DNA of 57,751 nucleotides, the filler included, from Sphacelaria rigidula (lineage: Eukaryota), in assembly GCA_964200075.2 (NCBI GenBank). It is 7 parts of 7 records of this genome, joined end to end, with 100 filler letters (N's around TTAATTAATTAA, not from the genome) between each part and the next. Parts side by side here need not be neighbours in the genome. Positions count along the whole stretch, not along the records: positions 33,060 to 41,223 come from CAXNAA020012069.1; positions 41,324 to 49,487 come from CAXNAA020012070.1; 5 more parts are not named here. One strand, given 5' to 3'. Below are positions 34,806 through 47,135 of this stretch, piece by piece. Every line of letters begins with the position of its first letter. Position 1 is the first letter of the stretch. A program made the position numbers and the translations under genes. Under the pieces are notes generated by a model. That model was not told where the DNA came from and ran no database searches. It was given only the letters and a program-made list of their open reading frames with translations.

Positions 34806-37800
34806 CTCCTTGACCTTCTGCGCGTGGGCCAGGAACCCCAATATTATGTCGTTTCGGGTGCAGTGTGTCACCACTAAAGGATTGTCCGGGGCGCACTCCA
34901 GCTTCTCCAGAAAAACTCGCAGCCCTACGTACGTGGGCGGGACATGGCACATAGTCTTACTTCACATAGCAGCGCCGTGCAGGGTTACATGATACTGGCC
35001 AACGAGTGCAACAGGCAACAGTGGAACATGATGAGTTGTGATTGACAAGCTGATTGGAGTGGACTGTGAGACCGCAGCTGCTACAACGCACGTGAAAGTC
35101 CACGACCCTTCGAGCTTCAAGGAAGTCCTTTGGTTTCTTCTTCGTGCAAAAGGCAGCAGTGCAGTATCCAAGCGTACTGCAGCCCGTGTCTAGGCATATT
35201 TGGGCTGACCGATGCCTAATGGAGCAATGGCTCGGATCGTATTCAGGCAATACGCTGCCGGGAGCTTCAGCAAGTGTTGGACATATGAAGGCAATGCCAC
35301 GCAAACTCAGGCATATCTTCATTACGCTCACTAAGGCAAGTTCTAGGCTTGCCAAAGCCAATCTTCCGAATTGTGGACCTGGGCAATATGCTTCAGACTG
35401 CCTAGGTCAAATTGGTGCTCAAGTACTGGTGCCCCTCATCCAGGAGCAAATGCCTTGCATCGTCTCTTGCGGCACGCTTCGGGTGCCTTCAAAGACTACG
35501 TGAAGTAGAAACTACCGCGTGACTCCAGACGAAATCAGTGGTGACGCAGGTGACATGCTCAACACTTGGACATAGAGGCCCACCCTATGCACCTCAGTGT
35601 CTGCAATACGGCTTGGGCCGTACACGGTAAAATCTGTGTATTGGGTTCTCCCACTTTCCGCTGGCCCTGCTGTGCCTAAACGCGGTTCAACCACGGCGAG
35701 AGGTCGAGATTTCCATGTGTTCGGCTGATTCAGGCACGAAATGTACCAAAGGGAAATCGCAGGTCATGACGTCATCGCCTTTACAGCGAAGCAGCATCCA
35801 TCAGTCTTCTTTTTCAATCGGGAAATCCGGATACCTCGGTGTTGGACAATCGCGTGCGAGAGAACACATGCTACGGGCACTCTTTCACAGCTCTGTAGAC
35901 TCTTGTGTAGACGAGGCCCATCACTGCAAGGGTCGGAGAAATAATGGTTCCTCTGAAATATACGTGCTTCTAGTGTGAATGACTCGCACCGTATGGAATC
36001 GATCAACCGTTCGGCTTTGTTTTCAGCGTTTTGCAACTCTCAGGTACACGTACGTCCAGGGACGTGGAAGAGCGCAAAAAAAATGCGTAGAGTTTGTTTC
36101 TACCTGCGGTCAAAATTTTCAACTCTTTCGATCGATCACGCCTCAGGAATGGAAACGTTGGTGATTCGAAGCAGCGATGATTTGTACAGTATGGATAATG
36201 ACTCACATGTAGTACACACCCTGGATAATGACAGTAGATTATACTGTCAAAAAATGTAGTGCGTACAGCATGAAATCTGTTGTCTGTTGCAATAGCCGCA
36301 ATGGTCGATACTGTACGCAGTACGCTTTTTGACTGTGTATTCTTTTGTCCAGGGTATGTATGAACCCTTGCAACATTGTTCTACGCGAGCACTCCGAAAC
36401 CATGCCATCGACAGCCGGGAGGATTCTCACAAACTCCGTGTCGGGACGCTGCGATGGCTTCATTAGCCTCGCTCCACACGATATTTACAGTCTCGAGTCC
36501 AACGTCGAACGTGGCCGTTGCTGGGGGGCCGAATCGCAGACCTTGAACGACCAGCCACAAAACCCCATCGGGATCAATGGGTGCCAAGCGTCCGTACTGA
36601 ACCCCCCTCGACACCGAGAGGGTTGACGCCTACCTTCAGCACTTCACCAACTACGCAGCACGATTAACGTGGCGAAATGGATCGAACAAACGAAATCCAG
36701 GATGCAAGAGGCTGCGACATTCCAAGCCGGGTCATGTGTCTTTCATAGTGCTCTGGATAATCAGCAACCCTTTTTTTTCTGCACCCAAAATCGGAAACCA
36801 GCACTGACTGCTTCACATCTCGTGGGAATCGTCCCGACCCATTTCAGCTTATCGGAGGGAAATCGGAAAGGTAGCGAGGGGCGCATGAAGAAAAATACAT
36901 GGCGACGAAAAAAAGACGCTGGGGGAGCGCTCACCTAGCTACATGAATACAAGAACATAGGTATCTCATATGTACTGGAGTGCAGCGTCGAGCTCGGTCG
37001 GTGATGAATTTGGTGCTATCGATGCCTGATGGGCATCAGAAGTGTACTAGTATTAGCGAGGCCGATAGGAGAAAATTTCGGAAATGTCCACACTTTGAAG
37101 TATTGTACTAATACGAAATATCTGGAAACACTGCACATAGGTCTTTTTTCATGTCTCGCGCTGTTCAAAGGTACTTGTGAATGATTGGTGCCACAACAAT
37201 GTGAACATGCTGTTTCAAATCTGTTTCGCCTATTTTTTCTGTTTCTGTTCCTTTTTTTCTTTTTCTTTTCCTTAGAGCGTGGTTGAGTTTCGTTTTTGTT
37301 GGGTACGTCTATCATGACACCACGGCTGGACCCCGGGGGGGTCAGTTAAAGTGCGACATTAAAAAAATAAAAAATAAAAATGGTGCTGAAACATTACTTC
37401 ACTCCAATGATCTCGACTAAAAACCTGACGGGTTTAGTGATAGGGTAAATCATATGAGACTCCCACGGTGGGCGCTGCTGCCTCAAGTTTCATCACTACA
37501 GTACCTACGAGCCCATCCGTCCAACAAGACGCGGGCTAGTCATGGAGTTGAACGGAATGCCGTGACGAGAACCAAAAGTCCACGAATTGAAATCCCGCGG
37601 TGGAGTGGAACCTATCATGTTGACTAAAATTCTTGGCGTTCGAGTGGTATCCATACCCTGTACAGTGGTACAGTAGGCCGATTTTGTTCTCAAAGTACGC
37701 TTTACGTAATAGCATGATGACCACATTGGACCATGACAATGCTACCAGACGGTACAGAGCACCAAATTTGTCCACCTAACTCCTGTAGCACACGTTTTCG

Positions 37801-38780
37801 TTCACGCCCCAATACCTTCTTTGCCCTTTGCAGACTAAAAAGTGAGGAGTTTCTAGGAAGAATCCGGAGCAATTCACAATACAGCACAACCAAACTTTGA
37901 CAACGTCCAACACACATCAGTCCAGCTGCACTTGAATATTAGCCCCTTCCGGGCCTGCACCCCTTCATCTCCGCCTCAGGGACCCGGCTATGTGCATAAT
38001 GTTGATCGCCGGGAACGGAAAACAAACAGAGGATCTACCACCATATGAGCTGCATATACAAAATAAGGACCCCGGCGTGGTCGGGACATTCATCTTACCC
38101 TTTGGGAACCCATTGACGATTTTTGTCCTTGTGAATCCGCATCATTTCACACCTTGGACAATATATGGGCAATAGTTGCAATAGACAAGAAAAGTACTGC
38201 ATAAAGTGTAGGCCTATTGCGACCATTGTCGACCGGCAATAGTTGCAATAGACCTATACTTTGTGTAGTACACGTCTCATCTATTACATCTATTGACCAT
38301 ATATTGTCCAGGGTGTGCATCATTTTGACTTGAAAATCACTGGAAATGATGCCGATTCACGAGGGCAAAAAATCGCCAATGCGTTCCAAAAGGATCAATC
38401 AATGAAAAGAGAAAACAAAAAGTAGCCGAGTTCTTCGAGGAAACTCACCCGTTGCTACCATGAGGGTATGCCTGATGCTGTAGTGGGGCTCTCTTCTGTT
38501 TTCCAGCCCAGCCAACAATCGAGTCTTGAAGATTTTTTCCAAGTCCATCAGCGACGGCCGCGCGAGATAGGGCTCATCCGGTACCACAGCCAACAAAGGA
38601 ACATCCCAGCTGCAAAATAAAATAAAGGAGGAGCAAGTGCGAGTCATGTACCATAGAGGCGAAACTCAACAGAACGACTAAACGATCTAGAGGGAAACGA
38701 CCCCGTTGGCAGAAGAAGGGAGAAGCAGCATGGAGGCACATTACAGCACAGCATCGAAGAACAGCGACTCAAGAAAGCGT

Positions 38781-38815
<35 letters not shown>

Positions 38816-39929
38816 CATTCACCGACCACACTTGGTTGCTTATCGCTGAATGTTTATTTTTATTCCATTTTGATATTATCTACGATAGCCCCCCCAAAAG
38901 CTCCGTCTCGAAAGGGATGTGTGGTCAATGGTCAAACGACTAAGGCAAACAACAAATGAGTACGCTCCCCCCCCCCAAAAAAAAGTGGCTGGTTTGGAAA
39001 GGCAAAACCTTCACGTAAATCGAACTGGAAAAAAAAGCCGAGCACAACGAGCAGCTGGGAATTCCCACGCTTGGGTTCGTTCTCGCCAATGTCACCCATA
39101 CGACGCGCTTCATGTAGCCCAAACCTAAACATCAGGCGCCGTATGACCATTTTTTTCGTGACACTTTTGGGCTGGTTTTGGGGTAGGGGGGGCTATCGTA
39201 GAAAGTGTATTTTATTAGTATCATAGGAATACATGTATAACACCGGGAAAATGGAACAAGCAAGCATCGCGAGCGGAGCAGATGAACAAGTTGAGAGACG
39301 AGAATTATCCGAAGACAGCAATGATGTAGGCCAACAAGTCACGATCAGTGACGAAAAGAATCACTTCCCGAAAACGCAGAGCAAGGAGGTCGAGTGAAGA
39401 CGCAAAAACTGGAAAGAACTTTGGAGGTGGCCAACGGATGAATTTCAATGAGGTCTAGCCGAGAGCCAAAATGAAAGCAATTTTCAAGGCTAATACACCG
39501 CCAAGGGCAACCAATGATCAATTGCGGAACCGTCGATTGTTCCTCAAAGCTGCACTTTTGTGCAGTTGCTTCCGAATTTTTTCACGTGATGCAGTCCCGC
39601 CCCCAACCCAGCTTAGGGGGGGGTAGGGGAAACCTCATGAATCACCCGTTCACAAACGGGGAGACTCCTCATTTATCCGACCGTTGGCTCCCATCTGGAG
39701 ATTGCGCTGAGCGCAGTCGCACCAGCTACTTTTGTAGGCAGAAGCAGTGCACCGAAGGCCTTCATACGTGGACCACACGCGAGCGCTGTTCGCACCTACG
39801 CCTAAATCTTCAAAATACTACTTCGAGTAGGCAGTGACCACTCACGGTGCGGATAAAATAGCAACCAACTCGCCTTTCTAGCAGCTTCCCGAAATACTCC
39901 TTCACCATTCCAAGCTTGCTCGGCACAAC
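34806..39929 (-). CDS. BioD-like/DRTGG-domain protein (phosphate acetyltransferase N-terminal-like), internal exons 39929-39874, 38609-38449, 34924-34806
   Basis: Exons join in phase (2,1): VVPSKLGMVKEYFGKLLES-WDVPLLAVVPDEPYLARPSLMDLEKIFKTRLLAG...LMVATG-LRVFLEKL...PLVVTHCTRNDIILGFLAHAQKVKE; this matches the AAA_26-to-DRTGG junction and the LVVT..R.DII motif. Confidence 0.82.
36215..36358. mobile_element. Intronic Tc1/mariner-type MITE (TA TSD)
   Basis: TA|CACACCCTGGA ... TCCAGGGTATG|TA. Confidence 0.85.
38098..38393. mobile_element. Nested MITEs: CACACCTTGGACAA element (38148-38317) inside a palindromic CCCTTT...AAAGG element
   Basis: Outer arms GTGAATCCGCATCATT / AATGATGCCGATTCAC; inner TIRs ...TTGTCCAGGGTGTG. 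Confidence 0.75.
38784..38813. repeat. (AT)n microsatellite
   Basis: Direct reading. Confidence 0.95.
38880..39208. mobile_element. MITE with ACACTTTCTACGATAGCCCC-type TIR (left end truncated)
   Basis: CTACGATAGCCCC ... GGGGCTATCGTAGAAAGTGT; inverted homologue at 53419-53662. Confidence 0.8.
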
Positions 39930-40796
39930 CTGCCCGAGAACACCGCCAGAAAAAATAATCCTTCCGTGATTTGTTGCGTTAGCTCCACCATTTCAGCAAA
40001 AATGTTTCGTTTCTTCATTCGCTATATATCAGTCATACTACGATACACGAGGAGGGGGAGGGGGGGGGGGGCGATTCTGCGAAAGAAAGGCCCCAACGAT
40101 TTGACAGATGATCTAACACACTCGCGGTGCGCTTGTATTTGGGCAAAAACGGTGCCGGGTGGTATGAATGAGTGCGTCTCATTAAATACAAGCGCGTTCG
40201 AAAAAACGTTGATTGCTTTCAACGACGATTTGAGATGGAATTTCGTGAGATATTTTGCACAACATACGCCCCGCCCCGATCACAGCATGCCTCACATGCT
40301 TTTGGTGGCCACGACAAGAAACATTGAAACGAGAACATCAGTCGTTCAAGCATCAACATCAAGCTTCAAGACGTCCATATTCTTGGCCCCCGTTTGACCT
40401 CGGCGGGTGTTGTTTTGAATCTCGGAAACCGTGTGGCTGGATGTATTGCCCGCTTCAACACTGCGGGCGCGGTCAACAGCCTATTGTAGGGTAACAGGCG
40501 CTTTTTGTGTTGTAGACGTGTGGCGAACAGCGGGTTTGAAACCGCTCGACCACATACAGACGGTGAACGCAGTCCAAGCATCGTCGGTGCCGTGTGCCCG
40601 TTTGACGGCTGACTCATAGCGGCGTAGTACCTGACGGTACCGAGGTATTGAGTAATTAAGATCCAACTAACTTTGACTGAATCTCATCGTTTGAGTGTTA
40701 CTTTGGAAGATCGAAATTATTTTGGTTCAAAGCTCATTGCTGAGTATTTTGATGGAAAATCCACGTGAATTTGGCTGAGTCATATGTCGGGTGCTA

Positions 40797-40798
<2 letters not shown>

Positions 40799-40838
<40 letters not shown>

Positions 40839-40920
40839 GTCATCCTCCACTAGTCTGGACGCCACTCTACACCTTTCGGTATATGTGGGCGCATCAGTCG
40901 GGGTCACATAGGAGGAGGGC
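40799..40920. repeat. (TG)n microsatellite followed by a dispersed repeat (inverted copy 51048-51110)
   Basis: CTACACCTTTCGGTATATGTGGGCGCATCAG is the reverse complement of 51072-51101. Confidence 0.8.
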
Positions 40921-41801
40921 CAACACATGAGCTTTTTTTTCTTTCATGTTTTTGTTTTTTTGTTTCTGAGCTGAACCCCTAACATGGTGGCCTTGTGTCA
41001 CCTGTCTTTTCCTGGTTCTTGTCCTTTAATATCGTCTCTCTTCCTTTCTTTCGGTGTACACTTCTGACGGATCTGGCGTTTGTTGTTCGTTTGTTTGTTT
41101 GTTCTGTCTTTCTTTCTTTTCTCTCTCTGTTGAACTCGGGGGAGCTACTTCTCTCCGGTTTTCGTGGCGTCGTTCTTCTTATTTATTTATTTATTTTCTT
41201 TATTTTGGTAATGTGTCTGGTAANNNNNNNNNNNNNNNNNNNNNNNNNNNNNNNNNNNNNNNNNNNNTTAATTAATTAANNNNNNNNNNNNNNNNNNNNN
41301 NNNNNNNNNNNNNNNNNNNNNNNTTCTAGACGCATAAGAATATGGGTCAGGGCATCCCCGTTTGCAGATTAATTCAGGATATCCCCAGCACATTGAAATA
41401 GTAATCCTGGCGTTCTCACGCATATTTTCATAAGTTGTGTTTTGGATGAGATAGAGGGCTCCTAACAATTCTAACCTCAGAAAATATTTGTGTACCCCTA
41501 CCGTAGCATCCACGCGGACTCCAGCGGTGCTACGACACATGAACCCCCCTCCCGAAAAAAAAAAGGTAATCAGAAACGGGCTTGTTTTGGTATTTTGCAC
41601 TCGCATAATGTGCATGTTTTCATATTACACCTGCAGTTTCTCACGCTACATGTACCAGCAGACGTGTCACGTGATCACGCGTTTCCTCTTACATGAGTGA
41701 TTATAATAGTGTCGATCACTGGCTTCTGCGTGTTTTCGGTCCGGTGAGCTGTTCTTCATGATTCATTTTCCAATACCCCACTCGTGAGTTAGAGCAGGAT
41801 C

Positions 41802-42318
41802 ACTCAGCGGTGCCCATTCTGGCGGGGTGAGTTATCAACTATAACTCAGCGGCGCCCATTCTGGCCGGGTGAATGATGAACTATAACTCAGCGATACAAA
41901 ATCTGGCCAGGTGAGTTATAAACTATAACTCAGCAGTGCGAACTCCGGCCGGGTGAGTCATGAACTGTAACTCAGCGATGCATAATATGTCCAATTGAGT
42001 TATTAGATATAACTCAGCGGCGCACATCCTGGCCGGGTGAGTTGTAAACTATAACTCATCGATGCATATTTTGGTCAAGTGACTTGTATAGTATAACTCA
42101 GCGGTGCACATTTCGGCCGGGTGAGTTATAGAAGATAACTCATCGATGCATATCTTGGCCAGGTGACTTGTACGGTATAACTCAGCGGTGCATATTCTGG
42201 CAGGGGGAGTTATGCTGTGTAACTCAGCGGTGCACATTCTGGCCAGGTGAGTTATACAGCATAACTCAGCGATGCGCATTCTGGCCGGGTGAGTTATACA
42301 GCATAACTGAGTTAACTC
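41802..42318. repeat. 42-bp minisatellite, about 12 units, each an internal hairpin
   Basis: Unit ATAACTCAGCGGTGCACATTCTGGCCGGGTGAGTTAT(N5); ATAACTCA and TGAGTTAT are complementary. Confidence 0.9.
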
Positions 42319-42908
42319 ATGACTTGTCCGATGCGTGAAAGCTTGCGTTTTCGCTTGGACCAAACTAGCGGAAAATGAGCGAATTTACGAAAGACACGCC
42401 CTTAGGCCGTGTTTGATCAAGACAAAAAGAAAGCACGAAGAGAAAAGAAGGAACAAAGAGCACGAGCATTCGTCGCCTCGACATCATCCGCCCCCCAAAA
42501 AACAAAATAATAAAGCGGCGGCGCTTTTTTCTCGCAGCGGCGCTTTTTGGAACATTTATTTTAATCATTTTTCAGGCTATCCGCCAAGACGTTTTTGGGC
42601 TGTTCACCATGAACGGCAACTTGAACCAGCGGCGCAAAGACCCTTGCTGTGGTACACGCCTGTCACACAGCCCGCACCTGAGGCATAAGCTCACATCAAC
42701 TTCTGATCTCACCGTCCAAGGGCAGGAAATGAATAGCTCGAGCCGTAGCTATTGATCGGCTGTGGACAACGTTCTTAGCTCGGGGGAAATGGGTTCAAGA
42801 CTGAATGAGACACGATGATTTCTGCCAGACAGACACCGTGTAACACACCCACAAACGGTCAACGACTCTCTCTCAGACAAGCTTTGTTGCACAAACACGA
42901 CCGACCTT

Positions 42909-42940
42909 CTAAACCTAACCCTAACCCTAACCCTAACCCT
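42909..42940. repeat. Interstitial telomere-like (CCCTAA)n tract; another at 50599-50642
   Basis: Tandem CCCTAA units. Confidence 0.85.
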
Positions 42941-43237
42941 GACGATCGCGATGGTCACTAGCGTATCAATGCCAATACTTCTTGCCGTTCAGATCTCGTT
43001 CGGGATTCCGATTGCTGCAAGCGCGTCATTTGCGTTCACGTTCGGTGGTCGGTCGTTACTTGTGCGTGAAAGTCAAGGCTAAGAACCACTGCTGTGTCGC
43101 GTGCTTAACTGAAGCAAAAACAGACAAAACGATTGAAATGTACAGGCGACGGACAAAGAGGGGGCACTGCAGTAGACAGAGGAATAAAGGGATGTTTCCT
43201 AATACTAGTAGAAACAAGGACATACACCTCTCCCCAG

Positions 43238-43358
43238 GCGGGTGGCAAAAAGGAGGTACAGCGCCACCTCACGCTGAAGCTTGCCTTCTTCATCGCCAGT
43301 TTTGTCTCTGGCGCTGCGATTTTTATCCAAAACATAGTTGTTCGGGAATTCACGAGGG
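43238..43358 (+). CDS. Possible exon encoding a hydrophobic segment (AGGKKEVQRHLTLKLAFFIASFVSGAAIFIQNIVVREFTR)
   Basis: Pyrimidine-rich CTCTCCCCAG acceptor; however the antisense frame is also open with plausible splice sites (43359-43228), so strand is ambiguous. Confidence 0.3.
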
Positions 43359-45422
43359 TCTGGGGGGCACGCAAGGCAAAAATCCCAACGTGTGGCCTTC
43401 CAAGCCCACGTGTTCAGCCTCCGTATTCGATGTACCCTATTTTGACTGAGCTCCGGGGAGTGTATCCCTTTCTGTCTATTGCAATGCCCTCGTGTTATAT
43501 GGTGTATTGTATGCCATCTGTACAAATGAAAGCATGACTGCCCCATCATCGTTGACATCTGAAGTGTACATTGCTAGTATGGCGTGCATCGTGGAATGTA
43601 CACGTTCCGACACCGAGTTCCCCCGAGGGCGTAGGGGCGTTACGCGTGTTTTGTAAAATCGCAAGACTTATTGCAATTTATGTATTGGACGATTTCCCAA
43701 CTTGGCACCTTGATCGGAATGCACTTTTTGTGGCGTGCAGAGTGTCGTAAACGCGATCCGTGAGCGTGTTTGCTTCTGCCATCGCTTCATTCTGCTACAC
43801 TGGTGTAAGTTAAGCACATGCAAGGCGTGTACCGTGGAGAGATGGGTTGATCCCTTGAGACCACGGACTCGTCCCGAGAAAGGGGAGGGGTTCAAACGGC
43901 GACAAATAAATGAAAATAATAACCGTGCGAGGTGGTTCATGACAAGTTCACGTTTGCATTGTACTCCAGCGTTAGACACCGATGGGGTTTTGTACTCCAC
44001 GATTTCTATTCGTATAAACATTGTTTTCGTGAGATTGAGAGTAGAGGATGCGATTGTCAGTGGAAAGCGGTCAATTCATGTAAGGATACTTTCAGCTCCG
44101 GAATGCTCCTCCACGAGACCCGATAGGCTTTCTGCAGTAGCTTGCCACTAAAGCCCTTGATATCCTAAAGTAGGATATCGATGTGTGGCTGTAAACACGC
44201 ACGAGAGTGTTACAGGCAGAAAGCGCGCACAGAATAAAAAAATGGTGAAATTGATTGAAGTGAATGATAAAACCCACTCTCAATCAACGCTCTACTCCCA
44301 ATCTTACGAAAACACTGTTTAGCGTGTTGTACGGCCGCACCACTGGTACATAAGCCGCACCGAGTTACGATCGATTGTGAGCCGTTTTGCGACGCTGACA
44401 GCTTTGACACTCTCGGGATCACCGACAAATATCGCGGCTCGTGGTAAGCCGTCAGTATCTCCACACTATTTTGTCAAAATATTGATTCGAGCGTCAAGTG
44501 TTCGACCGATAGCGCATGGCAGTGATATATATGTACGCGGCACGAGACCGATCAGTTGTCGAGGTATTAATAGCACTAATTGATCACGGGGTGTACTGGG
44601 TTTCTTAGGTGCGTAGGTTTTCGATAACTAAACTGTGTTTTTATGGTCTGAATGTCATGTGTGTAAAAAAATGATGCCGACACAACACATCACCTACCCT
44701 ATAGCGGTCAAAGGGTTGATATGAGTGACGTTATTTATCGCGGAACACTTTTAGATTTGCAGTCGTTAGCTGTACGAATATGAATACGGAAAGATACATT
44801 TTACTGAACGAAGATTGAAATATCGGGAATGACGACATCAACCATCATAACATTCCTGCCATTAATGGGGTGTTGTACGTTGAGCAGGTTCCCATTACAA
44901 GTCGCACAAAATGGCATGGATTCCAATGCGTTTGTTCGGTTGATACCCTGAGTGCGAGTGTACGGTATTGAACTCCTGTGATTTTAACAAATGGTATGTT
45001 GTGGATTTGTTCGGTTTAGGATTATATATCCAACGACTACACCTCTTGGAGATGTTGAAAACGTTGAACGCCCGGGTTTGATAATCTGGGTCACGCAGTA
45101 ACTTTTCAAGCGAAAATGATGCTGATGTTACAAAGGGACACCTGCGGCTGCACTGTAAGTGTCCGTTTGGTAGAATTGGCACAATTTTCACTTCTGGTTC
45201 CAAGTAAAAATAGGCTGAAAGGCTCACACGCGCTCAATCAAATACGAGACACCCAGTCCGGCGAAAAGGTTGTAACCTGTAATCCTCATGTACCTGTGTC
45301 CTCCCCGACCAGAAATGAATCGGATAGACAAACTTGCCTTTCGTTGCGAGGAAAATTTGTCACACTGCCAACCTCGGGTTCTTGGCGCATTCATACGAGG
45401 TCGTCTTTGAGAATGACGTCGG

Positions 45423-45793
45423 ACGTTAGAATGGGTTTCAACTCCGAAACAGCTCTTGCCCTGTGCTAAAGTCATCACAAATGACTTTCATATGGACGAC
45501 CTCATTCCTCCCGACCTCCCTGAAACTAATTGTGGGGCGTTTCGTGTCGTTCCGTTCTCCCAAAGGTTGTGTCCCAAAGCACCTTTTTGTCTCGATTTCG
45601 GGGTGAACAAAAGTGACGCTTTTCGCCCGAAAATGGTGCATTCCCACTTGACCTTTGAGGGAGCGGAAGACGAGAACCTCCCTAAAATTGTTTCAGGGAG
45701 GTTGGGGGGCATGAGTCCGTCCATATGAAAGTCATTTGTGATGACTTTAGCTCAGGGCAAACGCTGTTTCGGAGTTGAAACCCATTTTAACGT
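45423..45793. mobile_element. Foldback MITE related to 3705-4125
   Basis: Near-perfect ~75-bp outer arms (AATGGGTTTCAACTCCGAAACAGC...AAATGACTTTCATATGGAC and its reverse complement); shared core CTCGATTTCGGGGTGA. Confidence 0.88.
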
Positions 45794-46410
45794 TCAGCAA
45801 CATCTGTCTTCGAAGATGTATTTTTTTCTTACCCTAATCCAAATTATGTGTGGGTAGGTCGTGTCCCTAACATTAACACATGCACAACGGTGCCGTTGGT
45901 CTGCACTTGCAGAGCACTTTTGCGTCGAGCATGCGGGCTGAACACCATCGAAAATGTGTAAGGGATATCACCGGTGACTTGCTTTTTGTGCACCGTCACA
46001 CTCGTCAATTTCTCGTAACACCAAGAAGAAAAGGTGACAAAAATCAAGGCGTTCCACGTGCAAGGCAAGCTCTCACATGAGCAACTTTGAACCAGAAGAC
46101 AAAGAGTGAAAATCTCACATAATCATACCTCAACCGGGCACAAGTTTCACACTCGTAATTCCGCTGGATCATACGTAAACTACTGGGCATGTTTACAGCA
46201 ACCCCAACCGGAACACGTCTATCGATGAAACGTAACATTATGATACTCAACCGTAACGTAACCATCGAACCGAAACCTTTAATCGCCCGCAACTGCATAT
46301 ACTTCACCGGCAAAAGGTTTTTGGCTTGAGAATTCAGTTCCGCGGATCCACCCTGGCCATAGTACGGAAGTACTGAACACTGCACACGCGTTTGGCTCCG
46401 CCGAAAAAAA

Positions 46411-46735
46411 TCACACATGGCCATCTTTGCGCCGGACGTCAAAAGTGAAGATCTCACATGACCATATTTGAACCGGACGGCAGAAGTGAAGATCTCACAT
46501 GACCATATTTGAACAGGACGGCAAGAGTAAAAATCTCACGTGACCATATTTGAACCGGACGGCAAAAGTGAAGATCTCACATGACCGTCTTTGAACCGGA
46601 CGGCAAAAGTGATAATCTCACATGACCACCTTTGAAACGGTCGGCAAAAGTAAAAAAATGCCACATGATCAATTTTGAACCGGATGGCACAAATAAAAAT
46701 CTCACACGACCATCTTTGAACAGCACGGCAAAATG
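46411..46735. repeat. 41-bp minisatellite, about 8 units (degenerate copies at 46071-46145)
   Basis: Unit CTCACATGACCATATTTGAACCGGACGGCAAAAGTGAAGAT. Confidence 0.9.
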
Positions 46736-47135
46736 AAAAAAAAAAAAAAAACTGACACGAAAATCTTCGAATCGGGCCAGGAATATAGACACCTGAAAAA
46801 GACACGTATAACGCCGGTCGCGTGGGCAAACCTTAGCCCTTTTGGAACCGTTGGTGGAAGAATGACGATTTACAATTGACGTTTTCTGGGGCAAGATACG
46901 GTGGTTTTTCTGCAAGTGTTGATGACACAGCCCATCAAAATGGTACACCACTCTCAGTGCAAGTGTATTTATGTGACAGATTCGTGCACCGAACTCGAAG
47001 TGACGTTTTCCGGCGACGAACGCTCGCACAGGGAAGTTTGTAATGTTTTTCGAGAGTTCCGAAAGGGTTAAGACAAGAGCCTTCTTTGTTGGTTGCATTT
47101 TTTTGGCTGTGCGCTTCACATGAACTGTAGCGCAG

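Noticed and set aside
41802..42318. CRISPR-like array of palindromic repeats
   Set aside because: The intervening sequences are homologous to each other rather than unique spacers; no cas genes; eukaryotic context
46411..46735. CRISPR-like 41-bp periodic array
   Set aside because: Head-to-tail minisatellite without spacers
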